DNA of 64,000 nt from Lama guanicoe (taxonomy: Eukaryota), in contig MU053557.1 in the NCBI GenBank assembly GCA_013239625.1, positions 503,063-567,062 on the forward strand, in the 5' to 3' direction. A program made the translations under genes and the position numbers. Below are positions 12,936 through 24,990 of the stretch, piece after piece. The notes beneath the pieces are model-generated. The model searched no databases, was not told the origin of the DNA, and saw nothing but the letters and a program-made list of their open reading frames with translations. Position 1 is the first letter of the stretch. Each line of letters starts with the position of its first letter.

Positions 12936-13153
12936 GCAAAGATGGCTAATTGCTACCCACAGTGCTATATCGGGTAGGACTGTCGGTCACAATCAGATTC
13001 TGCCAGAAAGAGTGCTGTGGTCGGTTAGTGAGGTCTGCCATTGCCTTGAGTAGGACAGGCGATGACTTGCATATTATCCTGGGTCCAAGCAAGATTCAAG
13101 TTCAATCTTAAGTAGACAGAAGAGTGTGGCATCTGTATGGCATCACCTGAATG
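12936..13153 (+). other. Candidate non-coding exon (218 nt)
   Basis: Acceptor CTCTCATTTTCCTTATAG| and donor ATG|GTGAGT in unique sequence. The ATG frame closes after 11 codons. Confidence 0.2.
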
Positions 13154-13520
13154 GTGAGTAATTAGGGCTTTGGGCAGACAAGGAGCTATTGTGTCATCCT
13201 GTCACAATACTGAAACTCCAGGGTTAGCAATTCATGAAGACTTTTTGAGAACATTCACCATTAAAAATTTTACGGGGGAAGTTTCACTGTTACAATACAA
13301 CTCTTTCCTTTATTCTGGGAAAGATAATGAGCTTAAGCCATTGTCAACAAACATCTAAGGAGGGACTAGTCTATCAGACTGCCCTTCAACCTGGAGTGTG
13401 AATGAAAGAAATGGTCCTTTGTATTGAAATATGGGATAAATTCATTAGCAGGAGAAAGTGAGAGTCAGGAGGATGAAACTCTGGGCAGAGAGAAATGAAA
13501 GTGAAATCCATGACAGTGGT

Positions 13521-13684
13521 GGGGATGGTACAGCTCAAGTGGTAGAGCGCATGCTTAGCATACATGAGGTCCTGGGATCAATCCCCACTACCTCCTCTAA
13601 AAACAAAAATAAGTGAACCTAATTACTTCCCCCCTAAACAAAGTAAATAAAAATAAAATTATAGGTAAATGTATTTTAAAAAAA
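13521..13684 (+). mobile_element. Vic-1-type tRNA-derived SINE
   Basis: ggggatggtacagctcaagtggtagagcgcatgcttagcatacatgaggtcctgggatcaatcccc followed by aacctaattac and an A-rich tail. Confidence 0.9.
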
Positions 13685-14844
13685 GGCGAACTTGATGAGT
13701 AAAGAAAGTATTTTTTCCTTTCTTAAAACATAACCCCTCCCCCTCAAAATCTTAAAAGAGTAACAAAGTAAAAGATAAACAAACTAAACTAATAAAAGGA
13801 AAATAACAGCCCTGGTAAGACTCATCGCTAGTCTTCTCTGAAAGGCTACCACTCTCCTGGCCTTTTCTCCCTCACAGGAAGCAGCAAGGCGTATCCAAGA
13901 AGCACAAGCTGTTGAATTCTCTTCTAGGTGGAAATGGTTTTGCATCAGCTAAAAGGAAATAGAGACTTAGGCCCTTCTGATTGTGGCGATGACACCAATC
14001 ACAGCAGTAAACATAACGGCAACCACCCCTGTGTGTGCCATGTCCTAGCTCTGGGTGAGCCATACCCACGGCATCCCGCCTTGGTCCTCACCCAGCCCGT
14101 GAGGGGGTGGCTCTTATTATCTCTGACGTACAGCTGGACTTCGGTCATCTGCTTGAAGTCACACAACGAGGAGGTGACAAGGATAGAGCCAGAGCCTGAA
14201 CCCAAGTCTGTCTAAGGCCGAAGCTCATTCCCTGCTCCGTCCCCTCTGCAGGTCCCCCTCTAGCTCCACGAGGAGCCCGAGGTAACTGTCCCCATCAGCT
14301 CCGGGGCTCAGACAAGATGATGCGCGTGGGCAGGACCCAGGAGAGAGAGCGAGCTACCACTCCACAGCAGGAAAAGTGGCTTTCATATTGTTTATACTTA
14401 AATGAGACCCTCTAGACCAGAGTTCTCTCATTTCCGCACTTTGTGCGAGTATATAAATTCTTCCAAAATGGGATTCACGTGACATTTACCTAGCAACATT
14501 AACCCTGAATCTCCCCGTAGGAAAAACTGTAAACTGGTGCTAATATTCACATCTGAACAGGATAATATGGACAAATCAAAGAAAATGCCTCCTGGTTTGT
14601 GTACCTTGTATAAACAGATGTTTAAAACTTTAGTTTGCCTACATTTACCAAGCATATAAATGAGATCTAATTAAACTGAAATTCCACAGAAAGCTTTCCA
14701 AAGCCCCTAGTTTACTCATCCAGTATAAACACTGTAATTGAATAAAATACAGTGTATTAAACAATTTAAAATGTAGGCTCATGGTTCCTTAAATTCAGGA
14801 AATACAGTATTCCAGTTGCACTGAGTGACCCAAAGTGATTAAAG

Positions 14845-15720
14845 TTTTTTTTTAAACTGGAAAAACAATTAATACAGAAAAGCACATAGTATAAAAACAT
14901 CCATGTGTCCTCAACCCAGAATGAAATAATACTAACATTTAGCCATATGTGCTTCTAAAATTGTTTTTAACACAGGAAAAATAAAGCAATAGAGAGAAAG
15001 CTGAAGTATCTTGTATCCTTCCTGAGTTCCATATCCCTCCTTCCTGCTCTGCCTCCCCAGAGACAGCTTCTCTTTGGAACCTGGTGGGTATCCTTGAAAT
15101 TCATGTTTTTATATTTTACTAGGAAGCCAGAATCTAAATATTATATTATGATGGCTTGTGATTTTAGATTTTATAAAAATGGTCTATTTTATATCAGGCA
15201 TTCTGTTACTCGTATTTTTAAACTAAAGGCGGTATCTATTCAATTTAATACAGAAATAACATAGCTATTTATGTTAACTGCTATACTGTATCCCAGCGTT
15301 TAACTACATCAGAGTCCACGCACTCCTTTGTCAGTGACGATCCCTCCTCCCTACCCTTCCTTTTTTCTGTTACAAGCGTGACTTCCCGTGTACATGTCCG
15401 TGTGTTTTTCTAGGGTGTGTACCTGGGAGTGAAACTGCTGCATCGTAGGCGTTTGCATTTTCAGACTTACTAGGTAATTGCCAAATTGCTCTGCCAAGTG
15501 ATTGCACCATTTGACACTCCCACCAGCAGTGTACCGGAGTTCTCATTTCTCACAGACTTACAAACACTTCAGATTGTCTGAGCTTTGAATTAGGAGTCCT
15601 GATTTTAGTTTCTTTTTTGCCAGCCTTTCGGTTGTGCATGGGGTCTATCATAGCAGCTGTTGGCAAGCGTTTTTCTTATTATCAGCAAAGAGCACAACAC
15701 AAGCAGCACTGATACTTTGA
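14845..15720 (-). mobile_element. Ancient L1ME 3' region
   Basis: tgccaaattgctctgccaagtgattgcaccatttgacactcccaccagcagtgt is the antisense L1 ORF2 end. L1ME-type UTR text lies to its left. Confidence 0.8.
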
Positions 15721-18076
15721 AGGCATATTTGTTGCAGATACGTATCAAATGTATTTGGTTATGAGACCATATAATAGAACAAAACAAGTATTTCCTTTTG
15801 TACAGATCGACTGAATCAAGCAATCACCAAGCAATACCCACAGACTTGGAGAAGTGTAATAGTCATTTTGCATTACCTTCCTTTGCTTGCAGTGTCAACC
15901 AGCTATTTTTCATTAGCATTTAGCATCACATTGACATTGACTTATTCCCTTTTACTTGGAATCAGATGATCTTTGCTTGGCAGGGAGGCATAGCAACTGT
16001 TTCATCTAACCACCCCTGAGGAATTGTATTAATGTTATAGTAGTTACTACATAAGTAGTCTGGCAAAACTTTTTCATATAAAGATAAATTGTCAAGGCCT
16101 TCAGAGGTAAAGAGAATGAAAGGATGAGACAGGAAAATGGATATCACAAAATAGACCTTGCCTCTTTAAATGTAGCATTTGAAATCAGTATTTTCCATCG
16201 CATCTGGTTCTAATGATGAAATACTTAACAACTCAGCTGATAATCAATGAGTGACTTATCCATACAAAGGTGCCTCTGTGGTTTGACACTAGGTCTACTT
16301 TTCCTTCTCCTTTGGACCTATGAATGTGTCTGCGAGTTCATGCAAAAGGGCAGAAACAGCTACACAGTGTTTACTGTGTGTTTACACAGTGTCTACACGT
16401 GTCATTCAAAGATGAATGCAACACTTGGAAGCGTAAGAAGGGGAAAGAAATATCATGAAGTTTGCTTCCTGTCTTCTTCCTTTTTGTGGGTATAAGAATG
16501 ATGATGGGGGAACAAAAAAAACCAAGAATTTACGCACAACAGAATTTTAGAGATTCGCGGGCCATTGGAGAACATCCAACCTCACACTTTCATTTTCCCG
16601 TTGGAAAAACCTGAGGTATTGAAATAACTTGTGTAAGGCACACTCCGCACTTCATTACTCTGACCTTTCTTGTTTTCTCCATGGATGGGAAGATGTCCCT
16701 GCTCCTTTCATAATGAAAAGAGAAGACTGGACTTGGTTGGCTTCAATTATCTGATCTTGGGAGCTTCACACTCAAACTCACCAAGTCATTAAATTTCCCT
16801 CTGAAATAGCATTAATGGCAGAGGACAGTGGGCATTCACAGGGAGAGGCTTTCAATTCTAGCTTGAATTTTACCCTTCATTCTCATGATACAACTGTGTT
16901 CGTTTTAATTTAGAAAAATCCCAAATCATTGAGTAAAATTGGTCCCCCAGGAAGATGTACTGTGCAGGTCCTGTTCTTTTATTTAATAGATATTTACTGG
17001 GAACCATATATCTGCTGAGAAAACAATAGAGGTCACTGCTTCTCTTGGCATTTACCATATAATCACCGAGCACATGGCTGTAAATAATTACATGAAGAAC
17101 CAGCAGAAGGTGTTGTGGTGTGTCTAGAAAGGGGGACTAAATCAGGCCAGGGGATTAGGAAAAGTAATGTTTAAGATAAAGACTGAGTAGAAGGTAGCTT
17201 TGCATACTGCCTACTTCATATGCATTAAATGAAGAGAACCACCAAACAGTTTTTACCTTGGTCTTTTCTAAAAGATGAGATATAATGCTTTTGCAATACA
17301 TTGGACTTCCAAGGTTTTTTGCATATCATTTTAATTCAAATAAAAATCGCAGTTTAAAAATTATTTGCTCTGGATTGTTGGTACCTTTTCCTCCACATCA
17401 TTAGGATTTACATACATCCTGGTGTATATAAATGTTGACGGTGACCCTGGATTCTAAGACGGGAAGGGAAATAATCCAGAAGAAAGAATTTCAGGGATGC
17501 CCTTGAAAAATTGAATTTAGTTGTCAAAGCAACAAACTCAAATCTCTGGAATAGTGACCTCTGGTTCTAATCGATTAGGCCCCTTAAAATTCATATTCTA
17601 CTCCCTTTTTTCCCCGTCTGTAAAATGGGAATGGCGCAGTGAAGTTGACTAGCAATTCATTTTCTTGGGTACATATTTTCCTGGGCTCTTTTGTCCTGTT
17701 CTATTATACAGTTAAGAAGATCAAGCTTTCAACTAAAGGTGAAGATTGTTTACTAAAACTCCTAGATTTTCATTATTTATAAGAAAAGGAGTTAAGAATG
17801 ATGAATAAACATGTATGACAATTAGTTGATTCTGTGTTGGGTCCTCACATGGAACCAGATGGTCTAGTGATGCATATAAACAGATCATTTATTTCATTTG
17901 GAAATGTGAACGCTGAATAAAGAATTAGACATTTGTTATTAAAGTACATTTACCAATGTGCTCTAATTTAATACATTGTTAAAACAAATGAAAAGTAAAT
18001 TAAGGGACTTAAATTATTTTGGTCATCTGGGAATAAATTAAAAAGCTTCTTCAGAATTTAGAGCCTGCAATCTAGC

Positions 18077-18454
18077 TGCGATGCACTGAATGTTTTTGTT
18101 CCCCTCAAATTCATATGTTGAAGCCCTAATTCATGTGTGATGGTATTTTGGAAGGTGGAGCCTCTGGGAAGTAATTAGGTTTAGATAAATGCATGAGAGT
18201 GGGGTCCCTATGGTGGGACTAGCATCCTTATAAGAACAAGAAGAGAGACCAGAGCTCTCTCTCTCTGCCTGTTGAAGACACAGTGAGAAGGAAGCCGTCT
18301 GCAAGTCAAGAAGAGGGCTCTTACGAGGAACGAATTGCTTGACACTTGACCTGGAAATTCTCAGCATCCAGAAATGTAAAGAAAACAAATTTCTGTTGTT
18401 CTAAGCCACACAGTCTATGGCATTTTGTTATAGCAGCCTGAGCTGATTGAAATA
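18077..18454 (+). mobile_element. MLT1A-type MaLR solo LTR, full length
   Basis: Starts tgcgatgcactgaatgtttttgttcccctcaaattcatatgttgaagccctaa and ends ttgttatagcagcctgagctgattgaaata. Intact 5-bp TSD CTAGC at 18072-18076 and 18455-18459. Confidence 0.92.
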
Positions 18455-19199
18455 CTAGCTTATTTATTTTATTTAAATATCACATTTCAAATAATAATTA
18501 TAATTAGTAAATATTGATTTCACTTGGCTTTCTGAACATGTTTGCACAACTAGGGGGAAGCATCATGTATCTCATAACATTACTTCATGCTCTGTGAGAA
18601 GTTATGAGTTAGTCTTACCATTGAAAATGTCAGATTTATGCCCACTGAACACTAAAGAGTGTTTCCTGATTTTTACACGAACGTATTTCAACTTTCTACG
18701 TGCTTGGTAAATACGCATAATATTGGTAGAAATATTTAAACAGGTAACAAAGAGGGAGGATTATCCATGTTCCTCAACAATGGATGATATAAGGCCATGC
18801 CAGTGTGCTCACTATAATATTGTATTTCGTTTAACAGACAAAGAAGAGTTAGAATTCTTTACAAGTGATTTTATTTTTAAAAATCTTCTTGAAAGCTCTA
18901 AGAGCAGGAGTGAATTCCTTGTATCATAGAGATAAGGAATATTTGTGTATAGATTCTTTAACGTAATGAAGATGAAAATTACAATAACCCCATGTTCTCA
19001 AGTAAATAATTAAGCATCTTAGCTTTAAATTATCTGTTCATAATGCTTTCATATTAACAATAATGCTATTAAAGGAACGGTGAAAGGTTTAGAGGCATTG
19101 TAGTTTTGCCACTTTGATCCTAGGCAAAATGACGGCTCTGATAATACTACATCCAGATCTAACTTCCTCTAAAGGATTATTTAGACATACGAGTAATAA

Positions 19200-19940
19200 G
19201 GAAATTCATTTTGGCCATGAGATTGGCAAAAATTTGAAAGATGCTCTTTGTTAAGGTTTTTGTGATGCTATCACAGTTCTTAGTTGCAGGCAATTGAATC
19301 TAGCTAATTTTAAAAGAAATAAAACATCAAAAATTATTAAATGCTTAGACGATTACGATAGTTGCAGAAACAGGCTCTAAGTGTTACAGAATAGATCTTA
19401 GAGCAAGGCTTCAGAATTGTCCTGATGAGGAAGCTGCCACCATCCTGGACCTTGAACCACAAGGTCTGCTGCCTCCAGCACCAGCAAAAACAATGTCTTG
19501 TGCCTAGCCACTTCTCTCATGTAATTTTTTTCTCATCCAAGTTTCATGTGATTGACTCTAATTGGTGGTTTCCAGAAGAAGTTTCAGAAGAAACTAGGAA
19601 ATATTTTTTTTTAATTCTTTAGAAAGGAGGGATTTAAATACGTAAATCATCAAAACATAGTTGGTGTCCCAACTTCTTCAATAGCACCAAAGGACTAGCA
19701 TCCTTCTTGATAAAGATACTGGGAATTGGGTACCCTTCTAGAATCCTGACAGTAGTACCAACTGGGGAAGGATTTTTGAAAAGCAGTTTGGTGGTACCAA
19801 AGACAACCTAAAATGCATATTCAGGATGATTAGCTCTTTCATTTCTAGGCCATCTTGCAAAAATAATTACATCTGTATCAAAAGTACCTACAAAGAAGTT
19901 GGGAGAGCATTATTTGTAACATTAAAAATAGTCAACATTA
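19200..19940 (+). mobile_element. Ancient L1M ORF2-end fragment, interrupted by an old MLT1-like LTR (about 19272-19690, minus)
   Basis: agattggcaaaaatttgaaag on the left and tttttgaaaagcagtttgg...agcattatttgtaacattaaaaa on the right. The insert begins ttcttagttgcaggcaa. Confidence 0.5.
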
Positions 19941-20164
19941 ACTAGAGATCCTGTAATAGCTAAGGTTCTGAATTGTAGCTTGGCCTTGGCTGAGGACTGT
20001 GCATACTGCCCTATTACATGGATGACCAGGGACGGTGACCTTCAGGGGACTGCTGATTACAGATAGGGTGACCGTAGTCCACAGGGATCCTGGCCTTGGT
20101 GAGGAATGGGACTAGGTGCTCACTCATTCCCTTTCATCACCACCGATTTTCATCATCAAGCCAA

Positions 20165-20292
20165 TGGAGGTCACAAGAATCACCTAAGGGGCTTGTGCAT
20201 AAAACACTTTCTCAGATCTCATTCCCTGGAGAGTCTAACTCAATAAGTCTCGGGTGAGGCTCAGGATTCTGCATTATTAATAAGCTTTCATA
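20165..20292. mobile_element. MER5-type hAT-Charlie fragment (its terminal part appears again at about 21852-21880)
   Basis: agaatcacctaaggggcttg...aagtctcgggtgaggctcaggattctgcattattaataagct. The end piece reads ggaccagagaccattctttgagaaac. Confidence 0.7.
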
Positions 20293-20295
20293 ATC

Positions 20296-20759
20296 TTACA
20301 GGCAGAATAGTGTCCCCCTAATCAAAATGACATCTGCATCCCCATGGCAAAAGGACCTTGCAGCTGTCAAACAAGAATCTGGAGATGGGGAGATTATCCC
20401 AGATTATCCACATGAGCCTGATATAATCACACGGTCCTTAAATGTGGAAGAGGTAGGTAGAAAAGTCAGGGTAAAAGTGATGTGTGGAGACAGACTTGAC
20501 CAGCTACTGCTGTCTTCAAAAAGGGAAGGGAGCCACAGACCAAGGAATGCAGGCAGCCACTAGAAGTTGGAAAAGATAAGGGAAAAGATTTTCTCCTAGA
20601 GCCTACAAAAGGAACGTGGGCCTGCTGACATCTCGATTTTAGCTAAGCAAGACTCAGTTAAGACTTCCGACTTCTAGAACTCTAAGATAACATATTTGTG
20701 TTGTTTTAAGCCACTAAATTTGTGATAATTTATTACATCAGCAATAGGAAACTAGCTCA
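20296..20759 (+). mobile_element. MLT1D-type MaLR solo LTR
   Basis: catggcaaaaggaccttgcag...gagatggggagattatcc...ccaaggaatgcaggcagccactagaag...ttttaagccactaaatttgtg...cagcaataggaaacta. Confidence 0.88.
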
Positions 20760-20779
20760 CATCAAATTCTGGTAAAGGT

Positions 20780-21850
20780 CCCTTGTCCTCATCCTTCTCT
20801 ACTCTTTCTCACTGTAATTTCTTACAACCTTATGACTGCAAGTACCATCCTTACGCCAAAAATCTGCAGATTTAAACTCTGCCAAATCTCTCTCCTGAAC
20901 TCCAGGCTCACATATCCAATGGCCCACTCTGCATCTCCAGTTGGAATTCTGATAAACATCTCAAGCCTGATCTGTCCAAAGCCAGACTACTAATGTATCC
21001 CTCTCCTCCAAAATCCTCTCTACCCCCAGACTTCCCCACCTCAGTTGAAGGCATCTCAGTTCTACTATTTCAGGACAAAAACATGGAATCATCATTGATG
21101 CCCCTTTGTTCCCCCCTTTTCCCTCATATCCCGCATGGAACTCATCACCAACTTATGCTGGTAAGATTCCCAAAAGATGCCAAGAATCCAACCATTTTAA
21201 ATCATGCATCGACCATCCTAGGAGAACCATCAGCTGGATTACTGGATCACTGCAACCGCTCCTCCCCTGGTCTCCCAGATTCCATCTCACCCTTCACCCT
21301 CTATTCTCAACTCAGAAACCAGAGTCATAGACTAAAACACATTGGATCTCTCCACTCTGCTCAAGACCCACCAGTAGCTCCTCATTTCACCCACAAGTAA
21401 GTGTACAAGTCCTAAGTGATCTGTCCCCATCCTGCCGTTCCCTCCCTGACCTCATCTTCTCCTCCTTCCACCTTGCTCTCTAGTCTCAGCCACACTGCTC
21501 CTGCCTTAGGACTCTCCCTTCTCTCCGGAATGCTCTTTCTACAGACATCTACATCCCTGTCATTTCCTGTGTTCAAACACCACCCTCTCCATAAAGGCTA
21601 TCCCAGTTAACCTATTGCAAATTGCAGGCCTCACCCTGTGCCCTATTCATTCCCTTTTCCTGCTCCATTTCTAAGAAACACTATTGTTTATGTATCTGTT
21701 ACATCTTTCCTCTATTGTTTCTCTCTCCCCACTAGCATATAAACTCCGTGAGGGCAGGAGTTTCGTCTGTTTGGCTCATTGATGTGTCTTATGTTTCAAA
21801 TATGGTGCCTGTAAGGGACAAAATAAACGGTTGTTAAAATTTGTTAAAAT
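20780..21850 (+). mobile_element. L2a 3' portion (about 1.1 kb)
   Basis: ctctctcctgaactccaggctcacatatccaa...aaactccgtgagggcaggagtttcgtctgtttggctcattg. The S/P-rich ORFs at 20993-21610 arise from this element. Confidence 0.88.
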
Positions 21851-22414
21851 AGGACCAGAGACCATTCTTTGAGAAACAGAATTAAGCATCTCCTGCAAGA
21901 TGTATTTATCATGTCATCATGGTGGCATTAGAATAAGATTCATATTAACTTGTTTCATTGAATATCAGAATTGTATTGTTAGAATAATTTGTCACTTTGA
22001 GATCACGAAGTCTCCAACTCTTGTACAAGATAATCTTTCCTGCTAAAAGGTCTACTTACTTTTGATGGCTTAATGAAGCATTTTAATGTGTGGCCCACAC
22101 GGAGCTCTCTCAGGAATTGTCATCAGAACATTTTGTTTCCTGGACCCTGAAACTAAGTTGTGAATATGGGGAAATTAGATGGACTTAATTTTTTACATCT
22201 TTTGGAAAAATTGCAATGGTCTAGAGTTGTACATTGTTCTACCCACTGAAAAGGAACAAAGTGGCAAAGTAATTATTGATCACGTAATATTTCTAGGCTT
22301 ATGCTGAAACTGAAGAAACTTTTTCAGTTGCGGAAAACTTCCTGGAAAATAATTTCATGCATTGTGGAGGTCAGTCATACCGTATTCCAAATATGCAATT
22401 AACTACGTATCTCC

Positions 22415-22545
22415 ATCAATAGAATAACCAAATCATTAACATTCACCAGCTGACCTTTCCTTTCTAATTAAACCAGCTTGGTTTTCCCTGATTGAGTAAA
22501 CTGGCCAGATAAAAACAAACCTACACTTGGCCTTGCTCTATAAAT
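22415..22545 (+). promoter_or_regulatory. Candidate endoderm-type promoter/enhancer (HNF1, nuclear-receptor half-site, FOX, GATA, TATA motifs)
   Basis: CAAATCATTAAC 22429-22440, TGACCT at about 22451, GAGTAAAC at about 22494, AGATAA 22507-22512 and TATAAA 22539-22544, all in unique sequence. Confidence 0.3.
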
Positions 22546-23849
22546 CTGATTCCTCCTGGAACATTTTAGAAAGTGACAATTACTGGACAGCAGGACTACT
22601 CTTCAGAAAGGGGGCTTGTACCTTGCACTCGAGCTTTGCAAAATTACTACTGTGCTGTATATTTATCACTGGGGTCTGTCTTTTGCACATTCCCTTCCTC
22701 TTCTTTCTGAGTTTGAGCTCAAGAGCCAATAGCCTCCACCTTCACCCTCTGAATCACATCACTTCTTTATCATCCCGCGCTGTACTCATCTCAACCTTTC
22801 CTGCTCTGTGTTGTAATCCTAGGTTGTAGTCATCTATTTCTTTCTCTGCTCTTTACTAGACCATGTCTTTCCTCTCTCTGTCCCCATTTCTACCAGGGAG
22901 TATGGCACATAGCACACGGTTCACAGAAGTGAGCAATTGGCAGTGAATTTTTTGGAAGGAAGGTGAGGCCCACTGGGGTTGGGCCACCAGGAGACAGGGA
23001 CATTTTTATAGAGCCTGTCACCTGGATATTAGGTCAGAGAGAACTACTCAGATCCCTGTAAAACTGTATGATGACCAGCATCTTTTCCCTTCCCTGGTCT
23101 ACCCTGAAATGAGAAATGAGAGAAAAATTAGGCTCAATGAGATCATCATTCAAAGAATAATTCATTCTATACATGGAATAACAGAGTTTTTATAGTCACA
23201 TGCAACTATCAAACCACTGGCAAAAGGAGAACAAGACAAATTTGGACCGAGCACTCCATGCTGATTGTTCTGCCTTAGACAGCATTATTATGGGAAGACG
23301 TACCCTCGGAGGGGAATTAGACAGCCCCCACTGACACCCCTACCCCAGTCACGTCCATAGTGTATGCCAGGTACTCAGTGTCATCTCCCTTCACTCTGCC
23401 AGTCTCTTGAAGAAGACCAATGATCAGAGAGGCAAAGCGAAGTGCCCTAGACCACACAGCTACCAAGTGGTAGACTTCGAATTTGACCTAAATCACTCTT
23501 GGGAGAATTCCATAGTAACATACTGCTTCCAATAAACAGAGCATACACCAAAGTCTTGTCTGTAAAAGACCATGATGTGAATCACTAGACATAAGACAGA
23601 AGGTTTTCTACTCGACATGAAAAACCAGAGAGGTATGGTTGCAGTCATATTAGAAAGCTCAGGATATGGTGACTGCAAAGACCAGTGGTTAACTGAGCTA
23701 GTTACAACTCCAGCTTCTCCACAGAGGTGCTTCTCGGGCTGGGGAGAAAAGTCTCTTTCAGCCTAGAAGGGAATTGATTGACTCTCTTTTCCACTTCACA
23801 ACCTCATTCCCAGCCTTTGGCAATGATATGAGAAGGAGAAACATCTGGA

Positions 23850-24092
23850 AGAATAATGATCTAACTTTTGCTCATTGAGCCCTTACTGTGTGTTTGACAT
23901 AGATTGCTTCATAGCTAGTCCCTCACTCAATCCATCCAACAACTCTGTAAATATCTCCACTTTATGAATGTGGAAACTGAGGGCAAGTTCATTTGCCTAA
24001 GGTTCTCCAGACAGTGATGACCAGTCCTGGGTTTGCATCCCCCCCACGCAGCCCTGAAGAGTGTCCTTTAAACCACTGCGTTTTATTGCCTC
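23850..24092 (-). mobile_element. MIR SINE
   Basis: ctccactttatgaatgtggaaactgagg...catttgcctaaggtt. Confidence 0.8.
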
Positions 24093-24574
24093 TACTTGGA
24101 AGCAGACAGCTTAACACAAACAGCCACAAATGAGGGCCCCTTTTAGACAGCTGGTATATTTAAACCAGTGTCTATTCATCCTTACATAATGCCTCTTTCT
24201 GAAGTGCTTCAGAGAAAAAGTTTACAAAAGGGGGCATAGGTCGTGTGGAGTGTACAGTGGACTGGGTTTTGCACATTTTAGCAAGAGGAGGAAAGGCCTT
24301 AGCCCCTGTATGTATCTCTCCTGCAAGCAAAACCTGCACTTCTGCAGGAAGCCACCTTTTAAAGAGAGAAATAACTTAAAACAAAAATCAATCCCCAAAG
24401 GACAATCGATTGATTATAAAGGATTAAACAAGGAGCAATGGATCATTTTTGGAATTAATTATTTCCCCCCTCTCTGGGAACTCAATGATTTCTCTGGGAT
24501 GACCTGGCTTGATTGAATAAACTGGTGAGTTCCGTCCCTAATCCCAACAGATAGCGTCCACTGTTCTCTCTCTC

Positions 24575-24990
24575 CATCTACTCAATTAGAATTTACTGAG
24601 CACGTACTTTGCATCAGACCCTATATTGGGTGCTTTGGAGAAAGGAAAAGAAGGGAACGAAATCCCTTGAATCTTGCTCTCATGAAGCTTACAGACAAGG
24701 GAGGGAGCCCATTATTAATCAAAGATTCCCAGTGACAGGAGTACAATAACGAATTGTGACGCAGAGCTCTGAAGCAAAGGACCAGAGTGATATGACACCA
24801 TGCGGGATCGGAAATGGCCCCAGACTGGGGTGAGGAAGTAAAGCTTAAGCTGAGATCTGAATGTGCTGGAGGTGAGATCACGCCATGCAGAGAGGATGGC
24901 GTGTGCAAAAACCACATGGCAGAAGGCAGCGTGACGCACCGAAGGGACACATAGTATGAGAGAAGAGGGAGTTGGGCCACACTGGGGTGC
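24575..24990 (-). mobile_element. L2 3' end
   Basis: atttactgagcacgtact...cttgctctcatgaagcttacagac...aagctgagatctgaa. Confidence 0.75.

Noticed and set aside
16218..16240. ATGATGA...CTGA resembling snoRNA C/D boxes
   Set aside because: The spacing is too short and there is no terminal stem.
20993..21610. Ser/Pro/Leu-rich ORFs (similarly 24621-25055, 26210-26599, 28495-28891 and 43229-43504)
   Set aside because: They lie inside L2, MLT1 or LTR33 repeats and are chance open frames.
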